Notes: generated from the letters alone by a model not told the origin. A stretch of DNA of 64,000 nucleotides from Eledone cirrhosa (GCA_964016885.1 CAXHJY010001418.1:35074-99073), one strand, 5' to 3'; positions 27,557 to 43,477 are shown, numbered from the stretch's first letter. Program-made: numbers and translations.

Positions 27557-27651
27557 TGATAATGGTGGTTGTGATGATGATGTTGATAATGATGATGATG
27601 ATGATGATGGTAATAATGATAATGATGATGATGATGATAAAAATGATGATA

Positions 27652-27682
<31 letters not shown>

Positions 27683-27745
27683 TGAATATGATGATGATGA
27701 TGATGATGATGAATGATAATGGTAGTTGTGCTGATGATGTTGATA

Positions 27746-27783
<38 letters not shown>

Positions 27784-27903
27784 AGTGGATGATGGTGATG
27801 ATGATGATGATAATAATGATGAAGATGATGATGAATGATAATGGTGGTTGTGATGATGATGTTGATAATGGTGATGATGATCATGATGATGGCGATGGTA
27901 ATA

Positions 27904-27953
<50 letters not shown>

Positions 27954-27969
27954 AATAATGTTGGTGATT

Positions 27970-28021
<52 letters not shown>

Positions 28022-28025
28022 CGGT
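27065..28025. repeat. (GAT)n-rich array
   Basis: Directly visible. Confidence 0.95.
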
Positions 28026-28284
28026 GTGTGGTGACGTTGGTGTGTGGTGTTGCCGGCAGTGGTTTTGTGATAGTAGTTTTCATGAGAGTGTGGTCAACGG
28101 TGCGGATATTGCGGGCTGAGATGGTAACACGTGTCACGGTATTGGTTTTTATTGGTACTAAGAATGGTCTTTTGTGGCCAACATGGTGGTCTTGATGACC
28201 CCTTGGTGGTGCTAGTAATGGCAGATGATGGTGTCTAGTGGTTGGCAACGTGGCGGCGGCAGCGGCGGGGTTATAGTAATAGAG

Positions 28285-29095
28285 GTTGGTTGGTGTTATG
28301 AGTGGTGGGGGCAGTAGAGGTGGTAGCAGTGGTGTTGGAGATGTTGGTGGTGCCGGAGATGGTGGTGGAGATAGTGGTGGTGGTAGTAGTGGTGTTGAAG
28401 ATGGTGGTGGTGCTGGAGATGGTGGTGGAGATAGTGGTTGTGGTAGTAGTGTTGGAGATGTTGGTGGTGCTGGAGATGGTGGTGGAGATGGTGGTGGTGC
28501 TGGTGGTGGTGCTGGAGATGATGGTGGGGGCAGTAGAGGTGGCAGTAGTGGTGTTGGAGATGTTGGTGGTGCTGGAGATAGTGGTTGTGGTAGTGGTGTG
28601 GGAAGTAGGGGTGGTACTGGAGATGGTGGTGGTAGTAGTGGTGTTGGAGATGGTGGTGGTGCTGGAGATGGTGGTGGTGGTGGTAATGGTGTTGATGGTG
28701 GTAGTGGTGGTGCTGGTGCTGGTGGTGGTGCTGGAGATGGTGTTGGAGATGGTGGTGGTGCTGGTGGTGGTGGTGGTGATGGCAATGGTGTTGATGGTGG
28801 TTGTAGTGGTGGTGGTGTTGAGGATCGTGTTGATAGTAGTGGTGTGGGTAGTAGTGTTGGTGGTTGTGCTGGCAGTGGTGCCGGTGATGCTGGTGGTGGT
28901 AGTAGTAGAATAGTTTGTATTTTTGGTGGGGGTGGTGCTGGTGGTGGTAATCGTAGTAATAAGAGATGGTGTGTTTTGTTTGTGGTAGTAGTTGTAGGTA
29001 CAGTAGTGGTGGTGTTGGTGGTTGTAGTGCTGGTGGGAATAGTAGTATTAATCGTAGTAATAAGAGATGAGGTGTTTTGGTGGTAGTAGTGATGG
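28285..29095. repeat. (GGT)-derived degenerate minisatellite (ggtgctggagatggtggt-like units)
   Basis: Directly visible. Confidence 0.88.
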
Positions 29096-29369
29096 ATCGA
29101 GGTATGAGGGGCACTGGTAGTGATTGTGGTATTAACTGTGGTAGGTACACTAGTATATATATATAGTAGTAAAGCAGTGGTAGAAATGTTGATATGTACA
29201 GGTTTAATATCACATATGATCATTACACATATTAACTATGCCTATATAGTTTAAATTCGAAGATTGTACTTTAAAACGATTTATATGGACACTGTATAGC
29301 AACTACTACAAAATGGCTGACTAGTAGTTGCTCCAAAAATCACCTCAGATTGGTGTTATGTGAAATGAA

Positions 29370-29490
29370 AGCGAGGGGCTCAGTGGTTAAAAAATTGGAT
29401 TCGCAATCGTGAGGTTGAAAGTTCGATTCACGGAACATCTGGTGCATTATGTCATCGAGCAAAATACTTTATTATTCGTTGCTCTTTCTA
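29370..29490 (+). mobile_element. Degenerate tRNA-derived SINE
   Basis: ggctcagtggttaa (A box), gttcgattc (B box) and tgtcatcgagcaaaatacttta (CORE/V-like). Confidence 0.65.
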
Positions 29491-29804
29491 ACAGGACTTG
29501 CGCCCGGTAAATAGTATCAACACTGATTCCTTGGTCCTATTTGATGTGTTCAACTCCACTTGGTAAGCGAATGAACTCTGGGATGTTGTCTATCGACTTA
29601 AGATAAAAAGGTTTTATAAAGCACCCATGAACAATATATTAAATATACCAATTCCGTTATATTCTAAACACAGGAGTCTCTACACCTCTAAATATGAATA
29701 AATATGTTCTAGCTACCCTAATCGAGAGTTTGTTTATCAAATATTCTTATTTTCGAGCGTGCTTTCTTGTTAGTTACCGCAAACCTGTCGTAGAGATGTT
29801 TTAG

Positions 29805-30005
29805 TATACGACAGGTTCCCGGTATTGCCTTTGGCAGTGGAGACTTCTGGTGTCCTTGACCCTAGGGCTATCACCCTATTCATCACCATAGGCACTCAGC
29901 TTGCCAGCCGCAGGTGTGAGCCTCACGGGTTGGAATGGTTCTTCCAGTGCATCTCCCTTACCATCCTCCGGGGAAACGCCTTCTCCATTCTGTGCGCCGG
30001 GGCTG
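29805..30005 (+). pseudogene. 3' fragment of CRE-clade non-LTR retrotransposon (restriction-like endonuclease C-terminus)
   Basis: LPLAVETSGVLDPRAITLFITIG...WFFQCISLTILRGNAFSIL matches the recalled P.A.ET.G...Q.LS..QRGNA..IL terminal motif. Confidence 0.8.
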
Positions 30006-30442
30006 TGTGTGTGTGTGGGGGGGGGGGGGGGGGGGGGGCAGCAAGTGGGACCGCATTTGCTCACCATTCAAATTAAGACATTTAACTAAAGATTCCACAT
30101 AGTGAGATAGAACTCAATACAATGTCTTTGTGTACGTCTGTGAGATGCACATATAGAGCATACAGGAGTATACAAACACGGCGTGTTTAAAGTAGAAAAT
30201 AGGAAATACAATGATTAATTGACTGAAAAATAATATTCCAACTACTGTTTGGCAAACAAATTGACTGATCGAAACATATACATACATATATACATATACA
30301 ACAATACGCGCATAGATTCATATCCCCCCACCCATATATCCGTCATCACACATACACACGCACATATATACACACAAATCTTAACACAGATAGGCAATTA
30401 TATATGTATATCTATCTATCTATCCATCTATCTCTCTCTCTC

Positions 30443-30556
<114 letters not shown>

Positions 30557-30676
30557 CATGTATGTATGTATGTATGTATGTATACTGAAAAATCATCTTC
30601 ATTTCCGGCCTATTTATCTATGTCCACAAACCTTCTAAATTCAGACACACATACAGACAGAAATGCATTCACAATC

Positions 30677-30756
<80 letters not shown>

Positions 30757-30997
30757 GAGAAAATTTCGTTTGGACATGTATTACGCACACAAATATGCAT
30801 ATACTGAATATATATATATATATATATATATACATAACCATATAGTTTAGAGAATAAGGAATAATCCACGGTTTCTGATCTTGAAAAGACTTAGCTGGAA
30901 TGAAAGACAGACACAGAAACAACCTACAAACAAAAACAAGCTAACCATCCAGTCAACTAACACACATACAAAGAACAAAAAAAACAAACAAATCGTA

Positions 30998-31046
<49 letters not shown>

Positions 31047-31436
31047 TGATGATGATGATGATGCATAAACAGGAGGTTGAAGAATTGAGGAGACAAAGGG
31101 TATTTTCTGACCTTTATGTATGAAATATAACGCTTCAAACATTATATTAAAAAATATGGAGTTGCCTGCCTTCCAAAATACAATAGGGCTAACCAGAGAG
31201 AATGAAGTTTATTTCCCCGCTTCGATAGATATTGGAAGGGTGGTTTTATTTATTTATTTATTTATATATTTATATATTTATTTATTTATTTATTTATATG
31301 TTTATTTATTTATGTATTTATATATATATATTTATTTATTTATATGGTTATTCATTTATTTCCATATATATATTTGCTATATTTTCATTATTATCCTTAT
31401 GATTTTTAGTATTATTTCTTATTTTTTATTATTAGT

Positions 31437-31467
<31 letters not shown>

Positions 31468-31470
31468 CCC

Positions 31471-31515
<45 letters not shown>

Positions 31516-32098
31516 CCCTCATCATAATTATCAACATTCTCATCATCATCATCATCATCATCGTCACCCTTATCTTATCATTTATGTTGTAATTTATGTC
31601 TTTTTTTGGGGGGGGGGGGGGGGGGCTGTATGTTGGTGGGAATGGTGGTGTTGTCAACCCACCACAAATGTGAAATTCTGCAGCTTTATTTTTTTTTTTT
31701 TCGAGAGAGAGGGGGATCTTGTGTGATTAGCGGAGAGAAAATATTAAGAGTTTTATTCGTTTTAGAACAATGTCCTCTCTATTTCTTTACGTGATGTTGG
31801 TTGGCTGGACTGTCTGCAAGACAGACCAAAAATAAAAAGGAATATTATTGTGAAGTTGGTGAAGAGTAACAAATATAGGTCCGTTGTTTGTGGTAAAATA
31901 TAACCAAATACAATCCAACAAACATAGAAATCAACAAACAATCATTACAAAGGCGATTTGGGTTGAAATTGTGGATGTCAAAGCATTCGCGTTCAGTTTA
32001 CCGCTAAAACATGCTTCATTTCCAATGTCTGAAGAAAACGACAAATAGATAAATGTTTCGCTTGAACGAAGGATTCTTGATTGTCATTTCTATGCCAT

Positions 32099-32154
<56 letters not shown>

Positions 32155-32214
32155 GCATTTATATATATATATATATGCATTTTATATATAAACATATACA
32201 TACACATATATATG

Positions 32215-32267
<53 letters not shown>

Positions 32268-32269
<2 letters not shown>

Positions 32270-32332
32270 CAGGCATGTCTGTGTAGTTCGCGTCCCAAAC
32301 CTGTAGTTTCGGGTTCAGTCCCAATGCTTGCC
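32268..32332 (+). mobile_element. CORE-type SINE head fragment
   Basis: gcaggcatgtctgtgtag...cgggttcagtccca. Confidence 0.6.
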
Positions 32333-33285
32333 GTTAAATAAGGCTGCGAAGTAGAAGATTCTTAAGAACGTCAGATAAAATGTTATCACACATGCACGTA
32401 TAAGCGTAAACACACATATATGATATATGTACAAGGTATAATTGGAATATATGAAACTCGATTGCCTATGGAAGGCCTATTGTATTAGATAAGCCTATAG
32501 TTTTTGACACGAATTATGTGAAATCAGCTGTGTGATCCTAAATCTGATTTTCCACTGTGTATGCATTTCAGGTGAATTCATAGTTTCCAATACAGGTACA
32601 CAGCTTCTCGCCTGCATTGTTTTAGCATCAAATATTTTGTCGCCTGTGCACACATTGTATTTTACCGGCATTATAACATTTCCATACTTCAGGTAAATGT
32701 GTTATTTTGTTATTATTAACTGTGCCTTATCACTACCAGGTGTAATTTAAGTGTTTGCTCAGGTATCACACACCAGGGCATTTTGAGTTCGCTAATGGTT
32801 ATTGTGTCGTCGCATATTGAAATCACGGTCTTCCATTCGTATACACTGTTTAATACTGCTTTTGGTGAGGCTTAGATGTTCGGTAACTTTCTAAGAAATT
32901 ATGTAAAGTGTAGAAGCAGTGTTTAATTAGAAGGCTATCACAAAAAATGAATTGTAAAATATATTTAAAAATATTATAACAAACACGCTAGTATGTTAAC
33001 TTGCAGTAATTTATTGCTCTTGATATTTCGGGGAAAAATTCCTTTATCAAAACCATAATAGAGGAAACTAATTCGGAGAAAGATATGTTTATGGCATTGT
33101 AAATTAATATCCTCAATTATTATTTTGATGAAGGGGATTTATCTCAAATATATAGAACAATAATCAACTGCATACCAACATCTTTGTCATCATATATTTT
33201 ACGAACAATGTATTGTGGGCGCCCTCTAATGAAATACTAATTACATATAAAACATAATATATATACATACCAATATATATATATA

Positions 33286-33370
<85 letters not shown>

Positions 33371-33623
33371 TATATATAAAAAATATATATATATATATAA
33401 AATATATATATATAAAAAATATATATATATATAATATGTATATATATATGTATATATATAAATAAATATATATATAGATATATACAATATAAGTATATAT
33501 ATATATATGTGTGTGTGTGTATGCATATAAATATATACCAGGATGCATTGGATCAGCCAGTAAGACAGAAGAGAGAAAGAATTTGAGAGTCATGCATAAT
33601 TCCATATATACAATCACAAATTC

Positions 33624-33685
<62 letters not shown>

Positions 33686-34359
33686 GCATATAGACACACA
33701 GACAAAAATACATACATACATACATAGAAACATATATACCTACATATAATCCGACATGTATACATATATACACACATAGCAAATATAGATATATATGCAT
33801 ACATAGAGTTATACATGCATATATACATAATTACATTTATGCATATATACTTACATATATTCAGACATATATACATATATACAGACATATATACAGACAT
33901 ATATACATATACAAACACATATACATATACATACATGTATGCATACATACATACATACATACATACATACATACATACATACATACATACACATGCATAC
34001 GCATATACACCCATACATACACACACGCATATAGTGACAGCGTGTGAGATCGGCAAACATGCACACATATAGCCAGGCACACACATACCAGACAGATAGA
34101 CAGACAGACATACAGGCAGACTGATAGTCAGACACAAACATAGTGGGGGTGATGGTGTGGGTGAGAGGAGGGGGTAAGCAATGGAGAATGTGAAGAATAT
34201 AATTCGAAATTATTGATTTGGCAATTTTTTCTGTATTCAGTCTGAATGGCTCCTAATTGTGAATCTGACAAAGAGGTCAGAATAGAGCAGAGGGGTGGGG
34301 GGTGGGAGGGACGGTTGTGATGTATATGTGAGGTAGTGGAGGTGAAGATGGGATAAATA

Positions 34360-34451
34360 GATAGATAGTTAGAGAGAGAGTGAGAGAGAGAGTGAGGCAA
34401 AGATAGAGAGAGAGAGAGTGTGTGTGTGTGTGAGCGAAAGAGCGAGGTGGG

Positions 34452-34514
<63 letters not shown>

Positions 34515-35112
34515 GGGGAGAGAGAGGGAGAGAGAGAGAGAAGGATATATAAGCGACAGTAAGAGAGATATATGAAACGACGTAGCGAAAGGAACTTAGA
34601 AGCGGAAAGACAGATGTATATATTATAGGAGAGAGAGAAAGAGAGATATAGAGAGAAAGAGAGAGAGTGAGAGAGAGAGAGAGAGAGAGATGGACTGAAA
34701 GAGTGAGAGGGACTGTGTGAGAGAGAGAAATAAAGAGAAAGAGAGACTGAGAGAGAAAGAAAAAGCAAGAGAGACGAGGTTAAGAGAGAGAGATATGAAT
34801 CTAGATATAGAGAAGGAAGAAGTTTGTAAAGGTTATATATGAGAAAGAGATAGAGATAGTGATAGAGAGAGAGAGAGAGAGAGAGAGAAAGTAAAGGGGA
34901 CTGAGAGATAGAGAGAAAGAGAGTGAGATGGACTGAGAGAGAGAGAGAGAGAGAAAGAGACTGTGTGAGAGAGCGAAACATAGAGAGAGTTAGAAGGGGT
35001 GAATTGTAGTGGAGGTGATTAGTATTAATGGTATGAGAGAGAAAGTAGGCTTAAATGTAGATAGATAGATCTAGAGATATAGAGGAAGAGCGAGAGAGAG
35101 AGAGAGAGGAAG

Positions 35113-35165
<53 letters not shown>

Positions 35166-35399
35166 TGAGGAGAGAACAAGGAGAAGAGAGAGAGAAAATA
35201 GCGCATAGAAAGAGAGTGCAAAGAAGAGAGGGGGAGAGAGGGATAGAGATAGAAAAGAGGAGAGAGAGAGAGAGTGCAAAGAAGAGCGACAAAGCGGTGA
35301 AACAGCAAAGAGAACAGAGCAAAGTGAGAGAGAGAGAGAGGGAGAGAGAGAGAGCAAATAAAAGAGAGGGAGTGAAAGAGAGAGTATAATGTGTGTGTA

Positions 35400-35439
<40 letters not shown>

Positions 35440-35541
35440 TGTGTGTGTGTGTGCTGGGGAAGTAATGTACGTCTAAGTTTCGGAAGTAAATTGTAGGTGA
35501 TTAGTAGAAATGGTATGAAGAGTGAAAATAGGGTTAACAGG

Positions 35542-35581
<40 letters not shown>

Positions 35582-35998
35582 GTGGGGAGAGCAAGAGAGC
35601 GCTTAGGGGTGAGAGCAAGGGAGAGAAAGCAAGAGAGAGAGAGAGAGGGATGAGAGCAAGAGAGAAAGGGAGAGCAAAGAGATAGCAAGGGAGAGAGAGG
35701 TGGAGGAGAGCAAGACAGAGATGGAGAGAGCAAGAGTGAGTATGAGTGTGTGTATGTGTGAGTGTATGTGTGTTTATGTGTATGTGTGAATATATGTGTA
35801 CGTCTGTATGTATGTTTATGTGTGTGTTGGAGAAATAATGTTCGTCTGAATTTCGGAAGTAGAATGTAAGAAAGTATAGAAGTGAAACAGTTAAATATGG
35901 AGGATAAGTAGGGAATTGTGGGATTGGTGGATATATATAGATATATATAGTAAGAGTGTGTGTGTGTGTGTTAGAGAGAGTCTGTGAGTTAGATAGAT

Positions 35999-36065
<67 letters not shown>
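34360..36065. repeat. (GA)n-rich low-complexity block with (TG)n and (TA)n tracts
   Basis: Directly visible. Confidence 0.92.
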
Positions 36066-36066
<1 letters not shown>

Positions 36067-36234
36067 TGAAGAAGTGACAAGGATATGGGTTGAATTAAAA
36101 CGAGTAAAATATGTCAGCTTGCAATTTGTATGAGAGAGATAAAGGGAATATTTGAGGTTTGTGAAACAGACTTACAGACAGTTATATTGGGAGAGAGAAA
36201 AATAGATATGGAGTTAGATATATAGGTAGATATG

Positions 36235-36748
36235 TTTCTTTATTAGCCACAGGGGCACAAAAGAAGGGGACAAATACAAAGGGGGAAGTTTACATACAAT
36301 AAAAACGTGTAAAATATCACAAATGCAATTTAAAAATTAGTCGATTTTCCCCAATAGGGGGAGACATTACATATGGGTAACACATACCCCCGAAAAAATG
36401 TGCAACCCTCATCTCCAGGAGTACGAAGAGTAAGTACCACTTTCCTCTCTTCCTCTTTTTCCTCAACATACAGGCTGATATAGAGAGAAGGCCCATTCAC
36501 TCGGGCCATTCTCGCCACTTTCACCCACCTTTCATAAAACTTGCTGGGGTACAGCACCTCTCTCTCCATCCTGATCCTTCTTCCAAAGTGGTATTTGAAA
36601 AAAAGAATCAGTTGTTGGCCAGAGAGAAAGGTGTCTGACCTCAGACCTTTCAACCTTGTCCACCATACAACCTCTTTCGCCATAGCTATCACACAAAGGA
36701 AAACCGCCACTCCTTCGTTTTTGAAGGAGGGTGGCGGTTTGATCATAG
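36235..36748 (-). pseudogene. 5'-truncated L1/Tx1-like LINE: ORF2 C-terminus plus 3' UTR
   Basis: FLCVIAMAKEVVWWTR...FFKYHFGRRIRMER...F.ERW resembles L1/Tx1 C-termini. It ends in ctaataaagaaa on the minus strand. Confidence 0.72.
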
Positions 36749-36782
36749 ATAGATAGAAATGTATGGAGCTGGATAGGTACGT

Positions 36783-36852
<70 letters not shown>

Positions 36853-36906
36853 CTACGTACCTATCCAACTCCATACATATCTATATAACATTTATATATA
36901 TATATA

Positions 36907-37044
36907 TAACGATGGAAGTCTGGTAAGGAACCATGTGGACAATAACTCACCAGAGTACTCAATACTTACGGTAGTAGAGTGAGTAATAGGAAAATGTTCA
37001 AGACCAGAGCTCTGCCATCGGGGTCTTGGACATTATATATATAT
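36907..37044 (-). mobile_element. Family B element, fold-back centred on the stem III loop
   Basis: aatgttcaagacc-agagctctgccatcg-gggtcttggacatt plus the family B tail. Confidence 0.82.
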
Positions 37045-37164
37045 ATGAGCGGTGGTAGCATTTCTGAATAGGTGGGGTCAAATTTGGTCCATTTATTTGT
37101 AACTCATTTATTTGTAACTTTGCACTCTAGAATGATCTGAAAACGTCGATATGCGATAAAGATA

Positions 37165-37312
37165 ACTGTTTCTTCTTTTGGCGCAAGGCCAGCAATTATC
37201 CCAGTGCATTACTGGTACTTTATTTTATCGACCCCGTAAGGATGAAAGGCAAAGTTAACCTCGGCGGGATTTGAACTCAGATCATAAAGGGCCGTAACTC
37301 TATGCTTCAAAA
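37165..37312 (-). mobile_element. MetaSINE-like SINE (5'-truncated)
   Basis: Consensus central domain and B box. Confidence 0.9.
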
Positions 37313-37628
37313 ACATGTATCTATCTGTATATCTAATCTACGTATTTATCTATTATTTTTCTACCTACTTATCTATCCCCCCCCCTCTCCACATCTATCT
37401 ATGTACCTATCTGTCTATCTATCTACCTATCTATCTATCTAACGATCTACCTATCTAATTATATATCTACCTATGTGGATGCGTTAACAGCGGAATTGAG
37501 TGTATAAGTGATATTTATTATTCGGCCTGGTGTTTTTACATTCTTCACATAAGTCAGATGAGGATCTCATGTCAAATGTATAACTCGTAAATTCCTGAAA
37601 CTTTTGAAGTGTCTTCCTTTACGCTTGT

Positions 37629-37686
<58 letters not shown>

Positions 37687-37826
37687 CAAAGGAATTGTGG
37701 TAAGGAATCAGATGGTTATATATATATATATACATACATATATAAAAAATACTTATATATATATTCATACATATATGTATATATATATATATATGAATAT
37801 ATGCACACATACATACATATACATGT

Positions 37827-37899
<73 letters not shown>

Positions 37900-37992
37900 G
37901 ACAGAGAAACATATGTCAAATCAAATAAATTCATAATCTCTTCAAGACGACCTTTTATTTTTCTTAGTGCAATACATACATACATAAATATA

Positions 37993-38036
<44 letters not shown>

Positions 38037-38427
38037 TGAGTGAGCATGCGCATGCTTGTGTGAGTGAGTGGCAGTGCGTTTGAACGTGTGAGTATAAATT
38101 AATGACATGACAATATTACATGCAGCGTGATGAAAACGATGTTAAAATGCTCCTAAGAAAATATATAACAAATAAAGCTGAAAATTGTGCACTTCCTGAT
38201 TGACTTTTCCTAATCAAATATATCCGCCATATTCTAATTATCTACATTGTCTTCACAGTACACGAATATCAGTTTTAAACATTTACATCATTCTTAAGGG
38301 CATGGACCACTTAATGCATGTTTAAGAGATTTTCATAAAAGACAATAAGTTATGAGATAAACTTCATGATTGAAAGACCTAAATATCCAAGAAGTTTATC
38401 TATTAGCTTAGCCGTATTTCCTTTTAT

Positions 38428-38502
<75 letters not shown>

Positions 38503-38509
38503 ACATATA

Positions 38510-38560
<51 letters not shown>

Positions 38561-38644
38561 ACATATACATATGTATATATATAGATATGTATTTATATAT
38601 ATATGTATATATATATGTATTTATGTACTTACATTTATATATAT

Positions 38645-38683
<39 letters not shown>

Positions 38684-38765
38684 AATGTTAATACATACAT
38701 TTTGTATATATATATATATATACACACATCTAATTTGTATATATATATGTATACACACATATATG

Positions 38766-38799
<34 letters not shown>

Positions 38800-38910
38800 C
38801 ACATATCTAATTTGTATATGTATATGTATACACAAATATATATATATATACATATATATAAATGTTAATACATACATGTTGTACTTGTATATATATATAT
38901 ATATATGTGT

Positions 38911-38942
<32 letters not shown>

Positions 38943-39129
38943 TTATGCATTTGTTTCGCAAGTTTCTTGATGAGAAATCATTTTGGAGAACTCATTAAAC
39001 AAATAATGATAAAGATAAAATGAAAATCACATTCTGCGGGTGTCACTTTTAATTGACAATACGGGCAACATGTCCAGCCCCAAATGTAACAATATATATA
39101 TATATATATATATGTGTGTCTGTGTGTGT

Positions 39130-39202
<73 letters not shown>

Positions 39203-39300
39203 CCGTTCAACAGGTGTACAGAAGTCTTATGAGCTTCACGCTTAATATTGGACAGAGGAAAGGAATTTATATATACACATACACATACCTATCTATCTAT

Positions 39301-39345
<45 letters not shown>

Positions 39346-39385
39346 ATATGTAGAGGCCCAGACCCTTCACATAGACAGACACATG

Positions 39386-39467
<82 letters not shown>

Positions 39468-39977
39468 GTGTTTAACATTAATGTTTTCTTACTTATTTTC
39501 ATCATTCGAGTTCCTATTGCATCTCATGTAATTCCATGTTACTGACGTTTGTGCAGTGTTGTAAGTTTCTTATTCTTTGTTGGGGGTATACAAGTATAGA
39601 TTCCTTTTCTACTTGTAGGGTTTAGTTTGTTTCTTGGGACTTTACTATCAGCTTTACTACTATTAATATAACTCACTTTTCCTAATAATCAACTGGAATT
39701 ATTTGTATGCTGTTTGCTCAGTCTAATACCAAAGGTTTCTATCCTAAATTCTAGTAGCGTATTTCAGATCCATTTAAAGAAGTAGCTGGTATATATTACA
39801 AAACTAGATAATATATGTATATAAATAGGGAGACACAAAGTATGCTTTGTTTACAAACGGCTAGCGAATTTGAAAATTAGGTAGTAACATGTGCTTACGC
39901 CGTATTTGACTACATAGAATTAGTCTGTTAGTTGGGATTTTAAAAGAGCCTCTGAATGGAAAAAAAGGATGAGTATT

Positions 39978-40049
39978 GTCGTAGATGGGACACGAACCCA
40001 CATCTTCGGTTTGTCGCACCAATGTGTAACCATTACACCAACACGCTAC
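39978..40049 (-). pseudogene. tRNA-like sequence (pseudo-tRNA or SINE head, GAC-like anticodon)
   Basis: D arm ggtgtaatggttacac, anticodon arm ttggt(gcgacaa)accga and T arm gtggg(ttcgtgt)cccat. The acceptor stem is weak and the T loop is non-canonical. Confidence 0.65.
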
Positions 40050-40539
40050 CAATCATTTTATTTCTGATAAATCAAGAACAAACGGAAAACTGCACAAAAG
40101 CTTATTACCACGTACATATTGTCAATATCTACATGAAATCCCATGTTAATCTTTATAACTCCATTAACGAAGATGCTTAGAAGATTGCAGCTGCACTCAA
40201 AATAGTCGATAGCACAGAATCCTAGGACACATCAAGCTTAAGTATTATAAACTAACTCCAATGGTAACCCTAAGTGGGGATTAATGAACACTGCAAAAAA
40301 CGACAAAAAGAAACAGATTTAAGGATATTCAGCAAGAAAATAATTGATTTAATAAGATATAGAGTTAAGAAACTAGGTAGCTACAATTGATTGATTAATA
40401 TCTTGTCGGTGATAGAATAGTTTAGGAATATGTATCATAAAAAAACATTAGGTGGTTTCCTTTTTAATATTGTGGACATTTAAGACCTACTATCACCAAA
40501 GCTCTACTATTACTACTACTACTACTACTGCTACTACTA

Positions 40540-40629
<90 letters not shown>

Positions 40630-41029
40630 GCTTTAGCTTTTGACAATATAATCGCACCTATTTGGTATATTGATATTACTTATATAGTGCATGCTCGGAT
40701 GTCTCTCATATATTTAAAAAATGCGACCTGAATTTAAAGGAAATAACAAAATGTGTTTCCTCTCAATATAGGAGCATTTGTTGGCGAAGTGTTGTCTGAA
40801 ATATATGTTTTATGCATATTGAATTTTCTCTATTCATGTTCCCTGGTAGATGTTAGAATTAGATATAAAAACTATCCTTGAGTATATACATACAAATGTT
40901 AAATTTCTAGATTTAGAATTATATTTAGATGCTGACTCGAGATTTAGAGCTGTCGGTCCTGCATATACTGAACTCAAGGTGGATATGGTGAGGATCATGT
41001 GCAATACCCAATGCCAGTCATTTAAATGT

Positions 41030-41270
41030 GGCTCACACCGTTTCTTCCGTGACAACGAATAATTAAAAAGTTTTTCCTGTTAAAAGATACCGCAAGTTGC
41101 TTCAAAATGTGCAGTTTTTTTGCAAAGCATAGCTGGAAGTAGCATGCCTCTTGTGAAGTTAGGAGCTGTCTTGTATAAGAAACATCTTTTTGTGTGGGTG
41201 ATGTTGATTTCTTCGTCTTTGAGCCTCCATATAAAACGAGACAAATTGTGTACTTCTACCTTTGAAATCA
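41030..41270 (-). pseudogene. Decayed Penelope-like element GIY-YIG endonuclease C-terminal region
   Basis: NLSRFIWRLKDEEI.../frameshift/QLCFAKKLHILK...FNRK...RCHGR matches the recalled LS..IW.LK...C.LC..EK..I...LN.R...C.H pattern. Confidence 0.7.
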
Positions 41271-41480
41271 TTGGTTGACAGTCACTTATATTACTTGCTT
41301 ATATCTCCTTCATTGGAACTCGAACCTGTTTATACATACATGAGCAGACACACATATGGACAACTACATACACATATATGTATACATACACACCCACACA
41401 TACATAGATATATTTGTATGTTTACACATGCATACACCACACTCAAGCATATATCTATATGTGGCGTGTGCATATGCATG

Positions 41481-41554
<74 letters not shown>

Positions 41555-42246
41555 ATGCCTAACACCTTTCGTAGCTGTACTCCTTGTTGTTGTTATTTAC
41601 TTTTCCAATATATATATATGCATGAGTGTGTTTTGCGTATATCTGTATACATGTGTACACATGTGTATAATTTATTGCAACATAAGTTGTATATGTATTT
41701 TGTGCCTCTAGACTTTCTCACAGGAATTCTTCCTTTAGCCGTCATACAAATCCAATCCAATGCAATTTCGTTCACAGCATCGATTAAATGAACGATGAAC
41801 GATCCCTTACCGTTCAATATATTTATATGTCTTAGCTTAACATTTCACACCGCCATCTTCTTCTTCCCATCTCATTATGCATCTATCAATCCATCGAAAT
41901 ACCCTGACAACCATCTATTCATTAATTCACTCTCAACATATAAATACATTCACCTATATATGAAGAGGCATCTTCTCTCGTATGTATGTATGTATGTATG
42001 TATGTATGTATGTATGTATGTATGTATGTATGTATGTATGTATGTATGTATGTTTGTAAGTATGTATGTATGTATGTGTGTATGTATGTATGTATATATA
42101 TATGTATGTATACACATATATGTATATATAGATACAAGCATAAAGAGAGACCCCAGCAGGCATATACCCACATATCAACATATACACACTCACAAAAACA
42201 TATAAATATATATATGAATATATATGAAAACATAAGTAAGCACATG

Positions 42247-42325
<79 letters not shown>

Positions 42326-42488
42326 GTGCTTACTTATGTGTTCATATATATATATATGTATGTATATATATATATATGTATATATGTATATATATATATT
42401 ATATACTTAATCATGTACATACATAATGGCGGCACTTTAATGCCTAAAACTAGTTAAAATGTAGAAATATTTACATATATTTACGTGC

Positions 42489-42876
<388 letters not shown>

Positions 42877-42990
42877 ACACACACCCTTATACTAAAGAAA
42901 GTCATGGCCACACTCAGAGTCAAACGTACAGTTTCATCTCCATGTAATACACGTATGCAGTAGTAAATATATACACAGAGGAAAACATTC

Positions 42991-43090
<100 letters not shown>

Positions 43091-43477
43091 CCTCACACAT
43101 ACACACACACACACTCCCTCACACATACACACACACATAGAATGCACACATACACATAGAATGTCTAATCTACGCATTCACCCATGGGTATACATTTTTA
43201 TTCAGATGTGTTAATATCCATGCAACCCCCCTCTCTGCTATATATATATATATTCATAGGAACGGTCATCTTCGTTACTCTACTCTCACAGTCATTGCTC
43301 ACGCTCGTGTATTGCTAACTGAGGCCGCCATATTGTTGGCTCTTCTATTCATTCAGTCTTACACCCTCCACACCAACTCCCGTCATATATCTTGCCGAGC
43401 CCAAACCAGCCCAGCATACACCAACACTCCGCCAGTGCTAAACCCACGAATACGCATGATTTCCATTTCACTATCTA

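Noticed and set aside
26914-29223. 769-aa Pro/His/Ser-rich ORF
   Set aside because: It spans (CAT)n and (ACC)n arrays that are open in several frames, with no splice or domain evidence.
39978-40049. Functional tRNA-Val gene
   Set aside because: The acceptor stem is poor, it lacks U33 and the T loop is altered, so I treated it as a pseudogene or SINE head.
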